Below are positions 16,148 to 24,415 of a stretch of 41,227 bases of DNA, one piece after another (positions within the stretch are counted from its first letter, which is position 1; each line of letters starts with the position of its first letter). Below the pieces are notes generated by a model. That model was given only the letters and a program-made list of their open reading frames with translations. It did no database searches and was not told the DNA's origin. Position numbers and translations under genes: made by a program. The stretch lies in contig JALWZW010000050.1 in NCBI GenBank assembly GCA_026992595.1, forward strand, positions 1 to 41,227. The letters run 5' to 3'. This DNA comes from Candidatus Micrarchaeota archaeon. GTDB lineage: Archaea > Micrarchaeota > Micrarchaeia > Anstonellales > Bilamarchaeaceae.

Positions 16148-16212
16148 TTTAAAGTTTCCTACATCTCCCATTTAAAGGAAACTGTTTCCTAAAAATCCTG
16201 CTTTTAGGAAAC
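16148..16212. repeat. 65-bp repeat copy B (double palindrome), in the promoter region of the ATPase gene
   Basis: Same sequence as 15016-15080 apart from 2 mismatches (CTGC versus TTAC). Ends 25 nt upstream of the ATPase ATG. The flanking CTTTAAAAGG is a TATA-like box on the minus strand. Confidence 0.9.
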
Positions 16213-16324
16213 TCTTCTATTCCATTGCTCTTGCCTTGCTTCTTGCCCTTTTTGAACCAACCTTTTTAAACCCTTTTTTATCTTTATTACACAACTACCT
16301 TACTTATCCGCCTGTTATAGCGAA

Positions 16325-16395
16325 GCGACCGTGGTCTACCGGTATGACTCGAGATTGCCAATCTCGCAGACCGGGTTCGATTCCCGGCGGTCGCA
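16325..16395 (+). tRNA. tRNA-Gly (anticodon GCC)
   Basis: Hand-folded cloverleaf. Acceptor GCGACCG/CGGTCGC plus discriminator A; U8, A14, G18G19. Anticodon stem CGAGA/TCTCG with loop TTGCCAA. T arm CCGGG-TTCGATT-CCCGG. 71 nt, no intron, CCA not encoded. A T-run follows at about 16415-16422. Confidence 0.9.
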
Positions 16396-16407
16396 CTTCT
16401 CTCTTCT

Positions 16408-16974
16408 TTATTCTATTTTTTTCAGCCCTTGCCACCAATTATCTGGGTCTGAGTTTTTTATGGCTTGAAGGAGACGCTTTCCCTCTTCTGTTTTTATTCT
16501 TTTAGAAATGTTTGTTAGCCAGGATTGGGCACGCTCCCTGCCCAGATATTCCATTGCCTGAAGAGCGCATTCCAGCAGGTCTGCATCTTTCAGCACCTTC
16601 CCCTCCTCTTCATCCAACTCTAAATTGTCCCACAGTTTTTGGAGGGTGGGTGGGAGAAGCGCTTTTTGTTCTTCCTCTACCTTTGCGGTAGCGTTTTTAT
16701 TATCTATATATCGCGCGGTTATTTTGTTTAAATCTAAAATGCGCGTTTCGTGGATATCGTGGAGCACCGCTGCGCTGCATATTTTCCAACAGCGCTCCTC
16801 TTCAAAGCCGCGCAACCTTGCGAGAAAGAGCGCTATGAGAGCAACCCGCCAACAATGGGATGCCACACATTCAGGCGCCGCCACCCTTTCAATAAGCCAC
16901 CCGCTTCTTACCACTCTTTTGAGCATCCCTGCCTCATAAAAAAAGTCCAACAGTTTTTGCTCCTTTATCTCCAT
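16408..16974 (-). CDS. HD-domain phosphohydrolase (YfbR-like 5'-nucleotidase family)
   Basis: ESVASHCWRVALIA and VLHDIHETR form the H...HD metal-binding motifs. The ORF track extends to 16992, but the ATG at 16974 (MEIKEQKLL) is the more likely start. Confidence 0.75.
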   Translation of the reverse strand: MEIKEQKLLDFFYEAGMLKRVVRSGWLIERVAAPECVASHCWRVALIALFLARLRGFEEERCWKICSAAVLHDIHETRILDLNKITARYIDNKNATAKVEEEQKALLPPTLQKLWDNLELDEEEGKVLKDADLLECALQAMEYLGRERAQSWLTNISKRIKTEEGKRLLQAIKNSDPDNWWQGLKKIE

Positions 16975-17026
16975 GTTGGAACATCTAAACAAACTTTTTA
17001 AAAAACATTTTTACATAAAAGCATAT

Positions 17027-17698
17027 ATGCACAAACAATCCTCCACCGTTCTTCTTACCGACGCCGCCTCGCGCATTTTGGGCGAGTATAAGCGGTTGAG
17101 AAGGACTAAACGATTATATAAGCAAAGGCAGCGCGCATTTTTAAGGGCCGTGGAAAAAGCAGAACAGCGCCTTGCAGCCATGGAGGAAAAAGGCGAGCTG
17201 GACGCAAAGGTTGTCCATCCTGTCCTTTACGCTCTCCAAGCAGCAAAAGACTGCCTTCCTTATAAGCTTTTAGAAGATATTACTGATAGGCAGTTGGCAA
17301 GCGTCCGCCGCCTTTTCTTCCCCCTCTTCTTATCCTTTCTCTCCCCATCTGCCTTTTATTTAAAATTCTGCCGCGCCTTTTTAGAGCACCATTACCGCAT
17401 TTTGGAAGATTATAGAAACTCGGCAGAATGGCTCCACACCTCAAATGTTGCGTTGAAAGAAGCGGAAGTGAAGTTAAGAAGCATGAACGCGCCTTTCTTA
17501 AGCGACATCGCCAATCGCCTTGCAGAGATAGGTGATGAGGTGAGGTACTATAGAAGGCGCTTTGAAGAGGTGGTTAAAGACGAGAGGCGCATGGTACAGG
17601 AAATTAAAAGTTTGATGGGCTTAAAAGCAAAGAGAGGGCTGCTTTATGTGGTGCAGGAGAGGTTGATGCGCTATGGCAACCATAACGAAGTTGATTAG
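17027..17698 (+). CDS. Hypothetical protein, predominantly helical and charged
   Basis: The ORF runs 16973-17698. The ATG at 17027 (MHKQSS...) follows TATA-like TTTAAAAAACATTTTTACATAAAA. No recognisable motif. Overlaps the next ORF by 26 nt. Confidence 0.5.
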   Translation: MHKQSSTVLLTDAASRILGEYKRLRRTKRLYKQRQRAFLRAVEKAEQRLAAMEEKGELDAKVVHPVLYALQAAKDCLPYKLLEDITDRQLASVRRLFFPLFLSFLSPSAFYLKFCRAFLEHHYRILEDYRNSAEWLHTSNVALKEAEVKLRSMNAPFLSDIANRLAEIGDEVRYYRRRFEEVVKDERRMVQEIKSLMGLKAKRGLLYVVQERLMRYGNHNEVD

Positions 17699-18644
17699 TC
17701 AAGAACGCCAATGGAGAAGGTGTTTTAGGGGCCATTATGCGCGTTTTGGCCGCTCTTTCAAGCATTTCACCAAAGCGGAAAATCTTTTAGATGCAGATAT
17801 GAGGTACACCTTTGATAGGATGAGAAATAGGGTTTTGGTTCTTATAGATGAGGAAGAAGACCTGCACAAAAAACATGCGTTGAACCAATATTTGGCGCAT
17901 TTAGACAAGTTTTACTACACTCTTCATATTATGCGGGAAAAAAGCAAGGATAGAGAGATAGGAAAAAGCTTGGTTTCGCTGATCCTTAAAATGGAAATAA
18001 ATACTTCTCTTACTCTAAAGAAGTTTAGGAAAAGTTTGTGGAAAAGCAGTTTGTTGCCTGAGTTTTTGGGTTTTGCGCAGGGATGGAGGGAGCGGTTAGA
18101 TGCTGAGATAAATGAAGTGATGAGAAAAATCGGGGAACATTCTTTATTTGTTTCTTCCATGGAGAGGGAAATCGTAGATGCTGCTAAATCGTTAAGGAGG
18201 TTTTCAGATATTGTGCCAGGGATCTGGGTTGAAGAGGATATGGAGGAAATTAGAAGATTAAGTGGAGTGGTTAGTAAAATATATGAAAAAAGGGCAGAGT
18301 GTGAGTTGGAGCTTTTGGAATGCATCGGCGCTTCCAATTTAGAAATATTAACCAAGAGAAGCGCTACTCTTTCCTCTCCTATAAAAAAGGGTCGGGCTAT
18401 ATTCACCGAACCTTTTGTTTTTATGGGAGAAAAACTTTCCTTTATATGGAAAGGAGTAAAGGCACACCCCTATTTAACCGCATGGATGTTTACCGGCAGC
18501 ACCTTTGCGGTTTCTGCTTTGGGCTACACATTCCTCAATCTTTCCTATCTCTCTCCTCTCATTGATTTTTCTTTAAAAGGTATCGCCTTTCTTTCTCTTG
18601 TAGAGGTAGCGCGCCTTTTATGGAAAACTTCAAAAAACATTTAA
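17673..18644 (+). CDS. Hypothetical protein with a C-terminal TM helix pair
   Basis: 323 aa. Long helical, charged N-terminal part. The C-terminal hydrophobic segments (LTAWMFTGSTFAVSALGYTFL, IAFLSLVEVARLLW) suggest a membrane anchor. No recognisable motif. Confidence 0.55.
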   Translation: MATITKLISQERQWRRCFRGHYARFGRSFKHFTKAENLLDADMRYTFDRMRNRVLVLIDEEEDLHKKHALNQYLAHLDKFYYTLHIMREKSKDREIGKSLVSLILKMEINTSLTLKKFRKSLWKSSLLPEFLGFAQGWRERLDAEINEVMRKIGEHSLFVSSMEREIVDAAKSLRRFSDIVPGIWVEEDMEEIRRLSGVVSKIYEKRAECELELLECIGASNLEILTKRSATLSSPIKKGRAIFTEPFVFMGEKLSFIWKGVKAHPYLTAWMFTGSTFAVSALGYTFLNLSYLSPLIDFSLKGIAFLSLVEVARLLWKTSKNI

Positions 18645-18675
18645 ATGTTAAACGAATAAAGATGTCGGTGGTTGT

Positions 18676-18888
18676 TTGACAGAGTTAAAGCGGTTGTTTA
18701 GGTGTGCGCAATGCGGCAAAGAAGCGTCTTTTTATGTTTCCAGCGACATTCCTCTTTTTGAGGTGATGGTGGCGGGCAGGTGTGAGTGCGGTACCGCTCT
18801 TCAGCTTAATTATAGCGTTGCAGAACTGCAGCAAAAGCCCAATCCAGAGGTTCCGAGCGATGCGCTTAAAGATATTATAGAGGGATAG
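18676..18888 (+). CDS. Small zinc-ribbon-like protein (CxxC...CxC)
   Basis: 70 aa with CAQCGKE ... CECG. TTG start with GGTGG upstream. Same strand as the two preceding hypothetical ORFs. Confidence 0.4.
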   Translation: MTELKRLFRCAQCGKEASFYVSSDIPLFEVMVAGRCECGTALQLNYSVAELQQKPNPEVPSDALKDIIEG

Positions 18889-18920
18889 CGCGGGCGGTTG
18901 ATTGGTGTTAGGATAGATGA

Positions 18921-19679
18921 TTAGGGGCTGGTTGGTGGAGAGAGGTTGAGGTGCGCTAACGAAGGGATTATCTCATCGGGTTTTATTTTGCTCTTTGCTA
19001 TGTCCTCTTTTTTTGCAATACCAGAAAGCACCAAAATGCTTTTCAGCCCGAACCTTTTTGCAAAATATATGTCTGTATCTAACCTATCTCCCACAACCAC
19101 CATTTCTTCCTCCCCCATCATCTGTTTAAGGACTTTGTAAATAAACTCGTATGGTTTCCCTAACACAAGCGCTTTTTTGCCGCTTGCCCTTTCTATTGCA
19201 GCCACAATCGCGCCTGCCCCCGGCCTAATGCCTTCATGCGTTGGATAGGTTGCATCATCATTTGCCGCCACTATTTGAGCACCTTTAAGGGTAAGGGTAA
19301 GCGCATGTGCCAACTTCTCATAATTAAACGCTCTATCCAGGCCTACCGCAACCACTTCTCCCTCTTCGCTTAGCGCCACTCCCTCCTGCGCCAACTCCTT
19401 CCTTAAACTCTCCTCTCCTATAAAATAAACGCGCTTTTTCCTCTCTTTTAAAAACAGTACTAGGGCGTAAGCGGCTGAACATACCTCATCCTCTCTTGCC
19501 TTTACCCCCATTTCTGAGAGTTTTCGCGCTAAATCCTTTCTGCTCCTTGTGGAATTGTTGCTGAAAAAGAGCACTTTGTGCCCCGCTGCCCTTATCTCAT
19601 CAATTTTTTGTGCAGCGCCCTCAATGGTCTTCAGCCCTCTATAAACGGTGCCGTCCAAATCAATTAAATAAACGGTCAT
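18921..19679 (-). CDS. HAD-superfamily hydrolase, subfamily IIA (NagD-like phosphatase)
   Basis: DLDGTVY (motif I), FFSNNSTRSR (motif II region) and VVGDRLDTDI (motif IV), characteristic of HAD-IIA. Confidence 0.85.
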   Translation of the reverse strand: MTVYLIDLDGTVYRGLKTIEGAAQKIDEIRAAGHKVLFFSNNSTRSRKDLARKLSEMGVKAREDEVCSAAYALVLFLKERKKRVYFIGEESLRKELAQEGVALSEEGEVVAVGLDRAFNYEKLAHALTLTLKGAQIVAANDDATYPTHEGIRPGAGAIVAAIERASGKKALVLGKPYEFIYKVLKQMMGEEEMVVVGDRLDTDIYFAKRFGLKSILVLSGIAKKEDIAKSKIKPDEIIPSLAHLNLSPPTSP

Positions 19680-19700
19680 GGATGTATTTAGGGCAACGCA

Positions 19701-19715
19701 ATATAAATTTTTAAA
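19701..19715 (+). promoter_or_regulatory. TATA-like box upstream of the small Sec61beta ORF
   Basis: ATATAAATTTTTAAA lies about 25-35 nt upstream of the ATG at 19738. Confidence 0.3.
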
Positions 19716-19737
19716 GGGGGGTGTTTAAACCATATTT

Positions 19738-19893
19738 ATGGCAAAAAAAATCATGATGCCTTTCAGTTCTGCGGGCATTCTTACCACAGGCGCAGATGTT
19801 AAAAGCGGCGGTATTGAGGTAACACCTATGCAGGTGGTAGCCGCTACCGTCATTCTTGTTATTGTGGTAAAATTAGCGCATGTTTTAATGTGA
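19738..19893 (+). CDS. secG: Preprotein translocase subunit Sec61beta (archaeal SecG)
   Basis: 51-aa ORF, below the track cut-off, translated by hand: MAKKIMMPFSSAGILTTGADVKSGGIEVTPMQVVAATVILVIVVKLAHVLM. The SSAGIL...I.V.P plus single C-terminal TM pattern matches archaeal Sec61beta. Confidence 0.6.
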   Translation: MAKKIMMPFSSAGILTTGADVKSGGIEVTPMQVVAATVILVIVVKLAHVLM

Positions 19894-20763
19894 GGTGCGC
19901 ACCGAACATCCCTTTTCCACCGCGCATTTTGTCCCTTCTTTGTCTATTTGTATGGTGGTGTGAGCCACATTCATATCTTTAAGTATCTCCTCCACTTTAT
20001 GCCTCACCTCTACCGCTTCCTTTACCGATTTTTCGCTTACCACGATGTGCAGAGTTGCGAAAGTAAGGTCAGAGCAGGCGCGCCACACATGCACATCATG
20101 CACATCTTTAACCTCCTTCAACTGCTTCACCCTCCTCTTTATCTCATCTACTGCCAACTCTTTTGGCGCTCTGTCCAAAAGCATCGCGCCTGATTTCCTT
20201 AAAAGGCGGTAAGCGCTTATTGTTATAAGTATAGCGATACCTATGCTCACCAAGACATCCACTTCATACATACCTGTAAATAGTATTATAAAGGCGCTTG
20301 TTATCACACCCACCGAAGAGAGCGCATCCCCCATTGCATGCAGAAAAGCAGAGCGCACGCTTAAATTTTTATGGGTGTGGAGGAGATAGACCACATAGAG
20401 ATTTCCCAAAAGCCCGAAACTTGCGGTTGCAAGCAGTGAAAATGGCTCTATTTTGCGCACATTCTCCCATCTTTCCAATGCTTCTTGCACAATTAAAATG
20501 GCCATTAAAAGCAGGAGGAAGCCGTTAAAAAACGCTGCTAAAACCTCCATTCTGTGGAAGCCGAAGGTTTGCCTGTTGCTGGGTGCAAGAGATGCAAAAT
20601 AGAGCGCGGTTAAAGATGCGCCCAACGCTACCAGATCTGAAAATACATGACCGCTATCGCTCAGCAGCGCCAAACTGCCTGAAAGATAGTATCCTACCAA
20701 CTGCACTATCAGCACGCTTAATGTTATCATAAAGCCATAAGAAAGTGCTTTCAGCCCGCGCAT
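19885..20763 (-). CDS. Cation diffusion facilitator (CDF) family divalent metal efflux transporter
   Basis: 292 aa with six TM helices. Signature LLSDSGHVFSDL plus HAMGDALSSV (HxxxD pairs). C-terminal cytoplasmic domain. Confidence 0.9.
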   Translation of the reverse strand: MRGLKALSYGFMITLSVLIVQLVGYYLSGSLALLSDSGHVFSDLVALGASLTALYFASLAPSNRQTFGFHRMEVLAAFFNGFLLLLMAILIVQEALERWENVRKIEPFSLLATASFGLLGNLYVVYLLHTHKNLSVRSAFLHAMGDALSSVGVITSAFIILFTGMYEVDVLVSIGIAILITISAYRLLRKSGAMLLDRAPKELAVDEIKRRVKQLKEVKDVHDVHVWRACSDLTFATLHIVVSEKSVKEAVEVRHKVEEILKDMNVAHTTIQIDKEGTKCAVEKGCSVRTSH

Positions 20764-20829
20764 AGGTTATATAAAGGTTTAAATAATTTAAAGGTATTTA
20801 ATGTAAGCGATTTTTGTATAGGTGGAATT

Positions 20830-22041
20830 ATGTATGATGTCATTGTGGTGGGTGCAGGACCTGGTGGCTCCTCAACTGCTGGCTTCTTGGCAAAAAAGGG
20901 CTTTAAGGTGCTTTTATTAGATAGGGCTAAATTCCCTCGTGATAAGACCTGCGGCGATGGGATAAGCGGAAGGTCGGTGCAGGTGTTGAGCGAGTTAGGG
21001 GCATTGGAGCATTTTAAGGATGTGGAGCATCAGGATATGTACGGTGTTACTTTCTCTTCACCTGAAGGGGTGGTGGTGCCCATAAGCGCTACCAAATCTA
21101 AGAACAGCCCTCCTCCCGGCTTTGTGTGCCGAAGGTTTGTGTTTGATAATGTGCTTTTTGAACATGCAAAGCGGTTAGGTGCAGAGGCGATAGAGGAATT
21201 TTTAGTAACAGATTTGATCATGGAGAATGGCTATGTGGTGGGGGTGAAAGGAAGGCACGAAGGCAAGGAGAAGGAATTCCGCGCCAAAGTGGTGGTGGGT
21301 GCAGACGGTGCAGGCGGCATTACTGCAAGGAAGTTAGGCGCTTATAATGATGATGAATCTCATCAAGCCGCAGCGGTGCGCGCTTACTATGAGGGCGTGG
21401 AAGGGATGGAAGATAAGATAGAGTTGCATTTTGTAAAAGAAAGCTTGCCCGGCTATTTCTGGATCTTTCCCCTTCCTAATAAAAGGGCTAATGTGGGTAT
21501 AGGGATGCTGGTAAGCGAGATGAAGAAAAAGAAAATAAATTTGGTAAAAACCATGGAGAAGATTATTCAAGAAAACCCTATGTTTAAAGAGCGCTTTAAG
21601 AATGCTAAGAGAATTTCTCCTGTTAAAAGCTGGATTCTTCCCTTAGGTTCAAAGCGCGTGAAGAATTATGGAAATGGTTATGTGCTTGTGGGTGATGCCT
21701 CCTCATTAATAGACCCCTTCTCTGGAGAAGGGATAGGAAACGCCCTCACCAGCGGTAAGATTGCTTCAGAAGTTATAGCAAAGGCGCTGGAAGAAGGAGA
21801 TGTGTCAGAAGCGCGTTTGGCTGAATACCATAAGAGGTTGTTTGATTTAATCGGTGATGAACTTAATACCAATTACAACATGCAGCGTTTGGGCCGCTTT
21901 GAGTTCTTGCTTAATTTGGTGATTAGAAAGGCGCAAAGGAGCAGGGAGATACAGGAAGAAATCTCCCGCGCTCTCCTCAACCCTCAGGAGCATAAGAAGT
22001 TTGTGAAGTTGGACTTCTATTTGAAGGTGCTTTTAGCGTGA
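20830..22041 (+). CDS. Geranylgeranyl reductase family flavoprotein (digeranylgeranylglycerophospholipid reductase-like)
   Basis: YDVIVVGAGPGGSSTAGFLAKKGFKVLLLDR...RDKTCGDGIS N-terminus and the LVGDA...DPFSGEGI motif. Confidence 0.85.
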   Translation: MYDVIVVGAGPGGSSTAGFLAKKGFKVLLLDRAKFPRDKTCGDGISGRSVQVLSELGALEHFKDVEHQDMYGVTFSSPEGVVVPISATKSKNSPPPGFVCRRFVFDNVLFEHAKRLGAEAIEEFLVTDLIMENGYVVGVKGRHEGKEKEFRAKVVVGADGAGGITARKLGAYNDDESHQAAAVRAYYEGVEGMEDKIELHFVKESLPGYFWIFPLPNKRANVGIGMLVSEMKKKKINLVKTMEKIIQENPMFKERFKNAKRISPVKSWILPLGSKRVKNYGNGYVLVGDASSLIDPFSGEGIGNALTSGKIASEVIAKALEEGDVSEARLAEYHKRLFDLIGDELNTNYNMQRLGRFEFLLNLVIRKAQRSREIQEEISRALLNPQEHKKFVKLDFYLKVLLA

Positions 22042-23366
22042 AGGAATATGGGTTAATAGTTATTGGTGCTGGCTCTGGCTTAGATGTTGCTGCGGCCGCT
22101 TCCCGCAAATGGAAGGTTGCATTGGTAGAGGAAGGGCCGTTGGGAGGCACCTGTCTTAATAGAGGGTGCATACCCACCAAAATATTGGCGCACATTGCAG
22201 AAGTCATTGACACTATAAGCAGCGCCCATAAATTTGGCATTAGTGTAGAAAGCGCAGAGGTGGATTTTTTAAAGGCGATGAGCCAAAGTTGGGTGGTAGA
22301 TAGAGAGGCGGCAAAGATTGAGGAAGGGGTAAAAACCAACCCTAATATTGACTTATATAAAGGGAGGGCGGAATTTATAGATGAGCACACTATCGCGGTG
22401 GGTGAGAAGGAAATAAGAGGGGAGCGCATAGTTATTGCTGCAGGCACGCGGCCTGCTGTTCCTCCCATTAAAGGCCTGGAAGAAGTTCCTTATATGACAA
22501 GCAGGGAAATCTTGAGAATAAATTATTTGCCGCGAGAATTGGCGGTGGTTGGCGGGGGATATATAGGCGTGGAGTTAGGTAATTTTTTCCGCGCAGTAGG
22601 TTCAAAAGTAAAGGTGCTTCAAAGAAGGGATGTATTGGTTCCTCATGAAGACAAAGATGTGGCGCGCTTTTTTACCGAAAAATTCTCCGCCCTTCATGAA
22701 GTTTTTCTTAACTTTTCTACTGAAGAGGTTGAGAAAAAGGGGGAAAAGGTGCTTTTGCACTCTAAGGACGGCAGGGTAGTGGAGGCAACCGACCTTTTGG
22801 TGGCAACAGGAAGAAAACCCAATACTGATATTTTAAAGGTGGAGCGCGCTGGTGTGAAGGTAAATGAGCGCGGCTTTGTGGTCTGCGACCAAAGAATGAG
22901 GACCAATAAGGAGCATATTTGGGCGTTGGGAGATATTGTGGGACGCTATCAATTTAAGCATGTTGCCAACGAGGAGGCGGTGTGCGTTATTAGAAATCTT
23001 TTTGGAAGGGAATGCGAAATGGATTATAGAGCGGTCCCTCATGCTATATTCTCCACCCCTCAGGTGGCGGGTGTGGGGAAAACAGAGCAGGAGTTGGAGG
23101 GGGGGAATTATTTAGTGGGCAAATATAATTATGAAAATACAGGCATGGGGTTGGCGCTTAAGGAAGAGGGGTTTGTTAAGATGCTGTGCGATTATGAAGG
23201 CAATATTTTAGGTTGCCATATAGTTGGCCCTCATGCCTCTTTGCTTATTCATGAAGTGCTGGTCTCTTTAAGAAGCGGGAGCGGGAATGTGAAGGACCTT
23301 TTAAACACAATCCATATCCACCCTGCGCTTAATGAGGTGGTGCAGCGGGCGGCGGCAAACATTTAA
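22038..23366 (+). CDS. Class I pyridine nucleotide-disulfide oxidoreductase (dihydrolipoamide dehydrogenase / mycothione reductase-like)
   Basis: GTG start overlaps the GGR stop (GTGA). Contains GAGSG, the redox-active disulfide GGTCLNRGCIPTK, NAD(P) site VVGGGYIGVELG and C-terminal HIHPALNE (His-Glu dyad). Confidence 0.8.
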   Translation: MKEYGLIVIGAGSGLDVAAAASRKWKVALVEEGPLGGTCLNRGCIPTKILAHIAEVIDTISSAHKFGISVESAEVDFLKAMSQSWVVDREAAKIEEGVKTNPNIDLYKGRAEFIDEHTIAVGEKEIRGERIVIAAGTRPAVPPIKGLEEVPYMTSREILRINYLPRELAVVGGGYIGVELGNFFRAVGSKVKVLQRRDVLVPHEDKDVARFFTEKFSALHEVFLNFSTEEVEKKGEKVLLHSKDGRVVEATDLLVATGRKPNTDILKVERAGVKVNERGFVVCDQRMRTNKEHIWALGDIVGRYQFKHVANEEAVCVIRNLFGRECEMDYRAVPHAIFSTPQVAGVGKTEQELEGGNYLVGKYNYENTGMGLALKEEGFVKMLCDYEGNILGCHIVGPHASLLIHEVLVSLRSGSGNVKDLLNTIHIHPALNEVVQRAAANI

Positions 23367-23389
23367 ATGAGAATCTTTCAACTATCTTT

Positions 23390-23632
23390 ATGCCCGAAGC
23401 GCTTTTTGTCCTTTTAGGCGCGGCTGTCCTTATAGTCCTCCTCACTTGGCTTATTTATGTTCTTATAAAAGGATTGGTGCGACTTTTGATAAGTTCGGTT
23501 GCCGCAGTTCTTCTCACCCTTTTACTCCAATTTTTAGGCATTCCTATTAAATTAACGCTGCTCAACATCCTTCTCATCGTTTTTTTAGGTCTGCCCGGCC
23601 TTTTGATTGCGCTTTTTGTTTCCTTGCTTTAG
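23390..23632 (+). CDS. Small 3-TM membrane protein (BofA-like)
   Basis: 80 aa, almost entirely hydrophobic. The LLQFLGIPIKLTLLNILLIVFLGLPGLLIA pattern resembles the BofA family. Confidence 0.45.
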   Translation: MPEALFVLLGAAVLIVLLTWLIYVLIKGLVRLLISSVAAVLLTLLLQFLGIPIKLTLLNILLIVFLGLPGLLIALFVSLL

Positions 23633-23676
23633 GGCGGTGTAAAATATTAAAACCTAAAGCGCGCTATAATTTTTAG

Positions 23677-24375
23677 ATGCTGAGCATTATTATCCCTACT
23701 CTCAACGAAGAAGAATGGATCGGCAAACTTCTCACGCAACTGAAGGAGCAGGTGAGAGAGGGGGATGAAATTATTGTGGTAGATTCTGAGAGCGAGGACC
23801 GCACCGTAGAGATCGCTGAGCGGTTTGGGGCGCGGGTGATAAGGTGTGGGAGGAATGGGAAAGGAGAGGCCTGCACCTTGGGCGCAAAACATGCTAAGAA
23901 CGATATTGTGGTGTTTTTGGATGCTGATTGTATAATTGCAGGGGATTATTTAGAGAGAATTAGAAGTCATTTTAAGAAGGGGGTGGTGGCGGTGGGCGGT
24001 TTAGACCTTTATTTAAGCGAGTCGCGCCCCCGCAAATGGCTTTACGACACTTATTCTAAAGGGGTGTTCTATTTAAGCAAAATCCACAACCGCCTTACCA
24101 AAGAGTGTTGCTTCCCTTCAAACAATGCGGCCTTTAAGCGCGAGGCATTCTTGGCATGCGGCGGCTACCGCTCTGTGGTATGTGAGGAAGCAGATTTAAT
24201 GAGGAGGTTTAAAAGCCACAATGTTATCTATGACCCGCGCTTAGTTGTTCTGCTCTCTGACAGGCGCTTTAAGCAGCACGGCTTTCTAAACACCCTTGCG
24301 TTATGGGCAAAAGGCCATCTCAAACTTATTTTAGAGGACGGCCTTAAGTCCCATGATTATAAAAAGGGGTATTAA
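23677..24375 (+). CDS. Glycosyltransferase family 2
   Basis: LSIIIPTLNEE, VVDSESEDRT and FLDADC (DxD) motifs. Confidence 0.85.
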   Translation: MLSIIIPTLNEEEWIGKLLTQLKEQVREGDEIIVVDSESEDRTVEIAERFGARVIRCGRNGKGEACTLGAKHAKNDIVVFLDADCIIAGDYLERIRSHFKKGVVAVGGLDLYLSESRPRKWLYDTYSKGVFYLSKIHNRLTKECCFPSNNAAFKREAFLACGGYRSVVCEEADLMRRFKSHNVIYDPRLVVLLSDRRFKQHGFLNTLALWAKGHLKLILEDGLKSHDYKKGY

Positions 24376-24385
24376 AAGAGTTAGT

Positions 24386-24394
24386 TTTATAAAT
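24386..24394 (+). promoter_or_regulatory. TATA-like box upstream of the large surface-protein gene
   Basis: TTTATAAAT lies about 26 nt upstream of the ATG at 24416. Confidence 0.25.
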
Positions 24395-24415
24395 CTTCTA
24401 TTTTTTAAACTTGTG

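Noticed and set aside
15016-16212. The 65-bp direct repeats read as a CRISPR array, or as att sites of an integrated element at tRNA-Gly
   Set aside because: There are only two copies, about 1.07 kb apart, so this is not a CRISPR array. No integrase or recombinase is present, and the repeats do not overlap the tRNA 3' end as classical att sites do. I kept it as a regulatory or insertion-scar finding instead.
16236-16505. 89-aa plus-strand ORF
   Set aside because: It spans the tRNA-Gly gene (16325-16395) and the 3' end of the HD hydrolase gene. The tRNA fold explains this sequence.
17924-18406. 160-aa minus-strand ORF
   Set aside because: It is antisense to the 323-aa ORF, which has a better start context and is coupled to the upstream gene. 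There is no independent support.
21977-22468. 163-aa minus-strand ORF
   Set aside because: It is antisense to the N-terminus of the disulfide oxidoreductase, whose GxGxxG and CLNRGC motifs fix the true frame.
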